Shown here: positions 56,347-64,000 of the stretch, one piece after another
How the letters are laid out: each line of letters starts with the position of its first letter
Position numbering within the stretch: the first letter of the stretch is position 1
Assembly (NCBI GenBank): GCA_951406725.2
Contig: OX597814.1
Span: forward strand, 175,770,001-175,834,000
Source of the DNA: Octopus vulgaris
Lineage: Eukaryota
Reading direction: 5' to 3'
Length of the DNA: 64,000 nucleotides
The notes under the pieces: generated by a model
Told to the model about the DNA's origin: nothing
Database searches by the model: none
What the model saw: only the letters and a program-made list of their open reading frames with translations
Position numbers and translations under genes: made by a program

Positions 56347-57447
56347 CAACCATGACTGTACCAAGTACATCAATCAGACATCTACATATCTACATATCCT
56401 CTGTCCGCTTGATATTGATTATTCTAGATTGATTCGATTGGCTTATAGTTTTAAATTTGAATCACAAAGGAAATTTTACGGTTAGTTAGTCAAGAAACGC
56501 ACATACGCACACGCACATCCACAGATCCATCGCACATACATACATAATTATATGTATACACACACACATACACTCATACACATACATAGCCACAAACACA
56601 GCCAAACACATAAATAAATAAATAATATAAGAGGTATAATCGTAACTATGCAGCCATCAAGCCTCTCTAAAACGACAACAATGCTGCTATATTAACTAAG
56701 AAGATCAACTCACATATTTCCATAAAATATCTATTATAAAGATACATATAATTATATCAAGACATAGAATGTAATTTTTCATAAGGTACACAATTCATAT
56801 GGCACCGTATTTTCCGTAGTCATAGTATTACATAACATAACGTTTACTGATTTCACCGTAATTTGTTATAATCAAATATACGCTAAGTTATAAAGTATAG
56901 ATTAAACATTTTTCTTTGACTATCAATAGACATAGAAACATACATATACTAAATTGACATCGGTTTATAGCAATTAAATTATAAGAGATTAATTGTAAGA
57001 AGTCAAAATACGCAAATATTCTGGGATATGTAAACAAACAAGACAAGACAAAAATTTCTTTATAGCATAAATATATATCATTTCTACGTAATAAATCCAA
57101 TGCCATTATAATACTAATATTTATCCATCAAAGAACCTAACCTACGAACTAATAGAATTACACTCACATATACATGCTCATAATAATACTCATGTATAAC
57201 AACAGACATACACATACACGCCGTATATTTTCACATGTGACATGCGAGTAAACATTCATAGTACTTATATATAAATATACTTTTAAGCATCAGTGGACAC
57301 ATAGATACAAATGTAATAATTAACAGGATTTGGCATTAAATAATATCAGTGGAGGACTTACCAATACAATGGTATATAAGTAAATAACAAAAATTAAATT
57401 AATTATAAGTTAATAATTGTAATTACTTAAGATATATATATATATAA

Positions 57448-57780
57448 TTCGTCCTTAGTTGAAAGACACCTGTTGTTATGTCCTGTTATTATTTTTATTG
57501 TATTTATATTTGTGTAACATTGTACGTTTTTCCGTCCTTGTTTTCTTCCAAGGAATCTCAAGCTCTTAGCTTAGTTTTTCCTTGGGGCTGGCCAGATTGG
57601 ACCAATCTCAAGAATAATCAGCTGAAATTGCGAGGATAATCTGGTGCTTGACTGAGGAAAGAAAACTTCGAATGACCCGTCCTTGTTTTCTTTGTATCGT
57701 CTATCTGGATGTTTTGCTGTTCCTTTTTGTATCACCTAGCTGTCCGGATATTTTGTTGTTTTTTCCCATTTTGTATTTTA
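57448..57780 (+). mobile_element. Family X TA-flanked repeat
   Basis: Homologous to 17270-17614; (TA)n both sides. Confidence 0.65.
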
Positions 57781-58027
57781 TATATATATATAATACTCAT
57801 CTCGACTACAATTAAAAAGAACTGAAATAAATTTAAATTTTTCAAACCTTCAGTGTGGATAAAATAAGAATGTAACCCCCTTTTATTCTGTCATTTGATG
57901 TGCGTTAAAAGAGGGATTCGCTTCACAAACCGTTTCATTGTGTGTTGCCTGTAAGACGTTTCAGCTTCTTCCTCTATTCAAACGATGAACTATCTCCTAT
58001 ATACAATAGTCACAAATTTGGCTAATT

Positions 58028-58058
<31 letters not shown>

Positions 58059-58231
58059 ATTCAGGATTATATAGAAAGACAACAAACGGAAAATATGACT
58101 TACCTGTATATATATATATGTGTGTGTGTGTGTATAATTAATAGTAGGGAATATAAAATTCCAAACTTACAGGAAAACATTCAATATAGTAATACTAAAT
58201 CAAATTTCAAAATACTGTATATAATATATGT

Positions 58232-58862
58232 ATATAATTAAGAGGCAAAATATCTATTAAGTAATTCAATTGATAATGAAAGATATTATCTATGATAAAT
58301 CATATAAAAAGATTTTCAATATGTTATAATAAATATTATTCTAAAAATTACTAAATTAAATAAATGCGCGTAGTCAATTTCATGTTTATTTAATTTAGTA
58401 ATCTTTAGAATAATATTTATTATAATATATTTAAAATCTTTGTGAAGGCGCATGGCTCAGTGGTTAGAGCGTCGAGCTTACGATCGTGAGGTTGTGAGCT
58501 CGAATCCCGGTCCGGGTTGCATGTTGTGTTCTTGAGCAAGACACTTTATTTCACGTTGCTCTAGTTCACTCAGCTGTAGAAATGAGTTGCGACGTTACGG
58601 GTGCCAAGTTGTATCGGCCTTTGCCTTTCCCTTGGATAACACTGGTGGCGTGGAGAGGGGAGGCCGGTATGCATGGGCGACTGCTGGTCTTCCATAAACC
58701 ACCTTGCCCAGACTTGTGACTAGGAGGGTAACTTTCTAGGTGCAATCCCATGGTCAGTGTCGTGACCGACGGGGGTCTCCCTGAAAATCTTTCATATGAT
58801 TTATTATAGATAATCTTTCACTATTGAATTACTTAATAGAGGTTTTGCCTCTGAATTATATA
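58232..58862. mobile_element. AT-rich ~280-bp palindromic element interrupted by an OR-like SINE (58442-58781)
   Basis: Left arm 58232-58365 pairs with 58382-58441 + 58784-58862; SINE TSD AAAATCTTT at 58433 and 58784. Confidence 0.75.
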
Positions 58863-59012
58863 AAGATATATATATATATAATTTTAAAAAAACATGTAGT
58901 AAATAAACATACGAATATGTACCAAATACACGGACGAACGGAAAACATAAATGGTCGCTAACTTCTCTTCAGTTATCGGCCAGACAGTCAGGTTCAATTT
59001 CGGCCATTATCG

Positions 59013-59203
59013 ATAATATTCTTTTCTACTCTAGGCACATGGCCCGAAATTTTCGGGGAGGGGCCCAGCCGATTAGATCGACCCAGTACACAACTGGTAC
59101 TTTATTTATCGACCCCTAAAGGATGAAAGGCAAAAAGGAACTCGGCGGAATTTGAACTCAGAACATAAAGACAGACGAAATACCGCTAAGCATTTCGCCC
59201 GGA
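59013..59203 (-). mobile_element. Family A SINE (alternative tail), 5'-truncated
   Basis: Matches the tail type at 1-172 and 48380-48495. Confidence 0.8.
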
Positions 59204-59781
59204 ATGGGACCAAAACGTAACAAAACGAGACGGGCTCGAGATGAGACCTTTAGTAGACGGACGAGGGACCAAGCAATAAACAGAATAAAGGTTTAGGGCC
59301 AAAGGAAGACGACAATTAAAATGATAATAATACATATACAACAAAAAAAAAAAGCCTTAGGGCTGCAAGACAATACAAAAATGGGTAACGCGAAAGAAAA
59401 ATGAAAAACCGTCCTAGAGGACTATAGAGGGGTAGAGCGAAGAGCTCAGAAAATCGTGATCAGTCTAATCGAAAGCAACGCAAAAAAGGACATCGCATGA
59501 GGCCGTCACGGATCACATGATAGTGGGAGGAGGGAAACAGAAAGACAGACAACGAGAGAGATATAGAGATAGAGAGATATAGAGATAGAGAGAGAGAGAG
59601 GTGAGAAAGGAAATAAGAGACTATTTCTACAAATGGGTAAAAATGTAGAGTGCGTGCGTACGCCTACGTCTTTATTTTTCTTTTTATGTCGTAGTATGCA
59701 TAGATCTATTTGTGTATGTATGTATATGTGTGTGTGTGAGTCTGTGTGTGGGCGTGTGGGTGTGTGTGTATTGTGCGTATG

Positions 59782-59826
<45 letters not shown>

Positions 59827-60286
59827 TATGTATGTATGTATGTGTGCACGCATATATATATATATATGTGCATGCGCGCACACATGCATATACACACATG
59901 CATGCATACATACAAGCTTGTTTTTTACAAAATTTTTCTTGAATACACTCCGAGTCGAAAATATGACGATGAATTTCGTGCATAAACCTCGAAAGCACTT
60001 ACATACAAAATATCTTCATATTCCGCATAAGGTTTGTGTAAATCTTTTTTTAAAAGAAGTTTTAGATAATTTCTAATTTCAAAATTCTTTGAAGCATCCT
60101 GAATTCATCACGAACTTATTAAAGGAAAACACACGTACATACAAACTCATACAAATACGCATACATATTTATATGTACATATATCAATCTATATGCTCAC
60201 GTAATTTGGGATTTATCCACGTTTGTTTAGAGAAATATGCTTAAAGGTAGAGTCTGTACATGTATAAATACACCTATATATATATA

Positions 60287-60634
60287 AAATATTACATTTT
60301 ATAAAGGGCTTAGTAAAATAAATTACTTTGCCACATACTGAACTCATTAGAAATAGCAGCCCCCAAAATTTTTTTTTAGCCATTTCTAATACTTAAAGAA
60401 AATTTCTCTCAGATAGTGTTTACTCAAAATAACCCACGAAGGTATGGGGTAAAAACATTAAAAAATCACAAGTGCAAAGATTTCTAATGAGTTCAGTATG
60501 TGGCAAAGTAATTTATTTTACTAAGCCCTTTATAAAATGTAATATTTTGAATTCGCCTTAAATGGTCCCTTTGCATACTGAATACTTGGTGAAATTGATT
60601 AATAATTAATTAATTTTACCCTCAATTGTTGAAA
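60287..60634. mobile_element. TA-flanked element with 68-bp inverted arms plus unpaired tail
   Basis: 60287-60354 is the reverse complement of 60480-60548. Confidence 0.75.
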
Positions 60635-60762
60635 TATATATATATATATATATATATTACATTTTACGTAGTAGAATGTACAGATTTATTTGTGTGTGCA
60701 TGTATGTGTGTATGTGTGTGTGTGGTAGTCTATGTGTATTGTGTGTATGCATTATATATATG

Positions 60763-61141
60763 TGGAAGCGCAATGACCCGGTGGTTAGGGCAGCAGACTC
60801 GCGGCCGTAGGATCGTGGTTTCGATTCCCATACCGGGCGTTGCGAGTGTTTATTGAGTGAAAACACCTAAAGCTCCTCGAGGCTCCGGCAGGGGGTGGTG
60901 GCGGATCCTACCGTACCTTTTTCACCCCAACTTTCTCTCACTCTTTTCTCTTGTACCTATATTTTGAAGGGCCAGCTTTGTCACACTCTGTGTCATGCTG
61001 AATCTCCCCGAGAAATATATTAAGGGTACACGTGTCTGTGGAGTACTCAGCCACTTGCACGTTAATTTTACGAGAAGGCTGTTCCGATGATTGGATCAGC
61101 TGGAACCCTACCCTCATCGTTTGAACCGACGGAATGCCACG
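60763..61141 (+). mobile_element. OR-like SINE, head H1 + tail T2
   Basis: Head as at 2210; tail as at 2830-2995. Confidence 0.82.
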
Positions 61142-61253
61142 AGATTATATATATATATATATAATCTCGTGGCATTCCGTCGGTTCAGACGATGAGGGTG
61201 GGTTCCAGCTGATCCAATCATCGGAACAGCCTTCTATAAAATTAACGTGCAAG

Positions 61254-64000
<2,747 letters not shown>

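Overview
AT-rich, microsatellite-dense eukaryotic DNA. The SINE repertoire (tRNA-derived families resembling the octopus OK/OR SINEs) points to an octopus/cephalopod genome; this is recognition, not a database result. No intact host protein-coding gene is visible, and most listed ORFs are translated microsatellites. The only convincing protein signals are retroelement remnants: a Penelope-like element (PLE) GIY-YIG endonuclease (5459-5962, -), a Dong/R4-type restriction-like endonuclease C-terminus inside (TAA)n (22649-22927, -), a LINE RT 3' end (~42985-43405, +) and an RTE 3' end (~55355-55470, +). The most interesting layer is a set of mostly (TA)n-embedded short elements from unrelated sequence families. 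They carry minimal type I hammerhead ribozyme (HHR) motifs (CUGANGA...GAAA-palindrome-UH) at about 8 loci (10 copies, several degenerate) and often show fold-back/inverted-arm architecture, consistent with non-autonomous PLE derivatives. One (30467-31010) joins a tRNA-derived Pol III head to an (AAT)n spacer and an HHR tail, in a head-to-head palindrome with a 14-bp TSD, making it a candidate SINE mobilised by Penelope-like machinery. Also present: an exact 183-bp-period tandem SINE array, head/tail module shuffling among SINEs, a SINE-LINE shared 3' tail, a mariner-type MITE and three candidate minus-strand spliced exons. Coordinates were read by eye and are approximate to a few bases.
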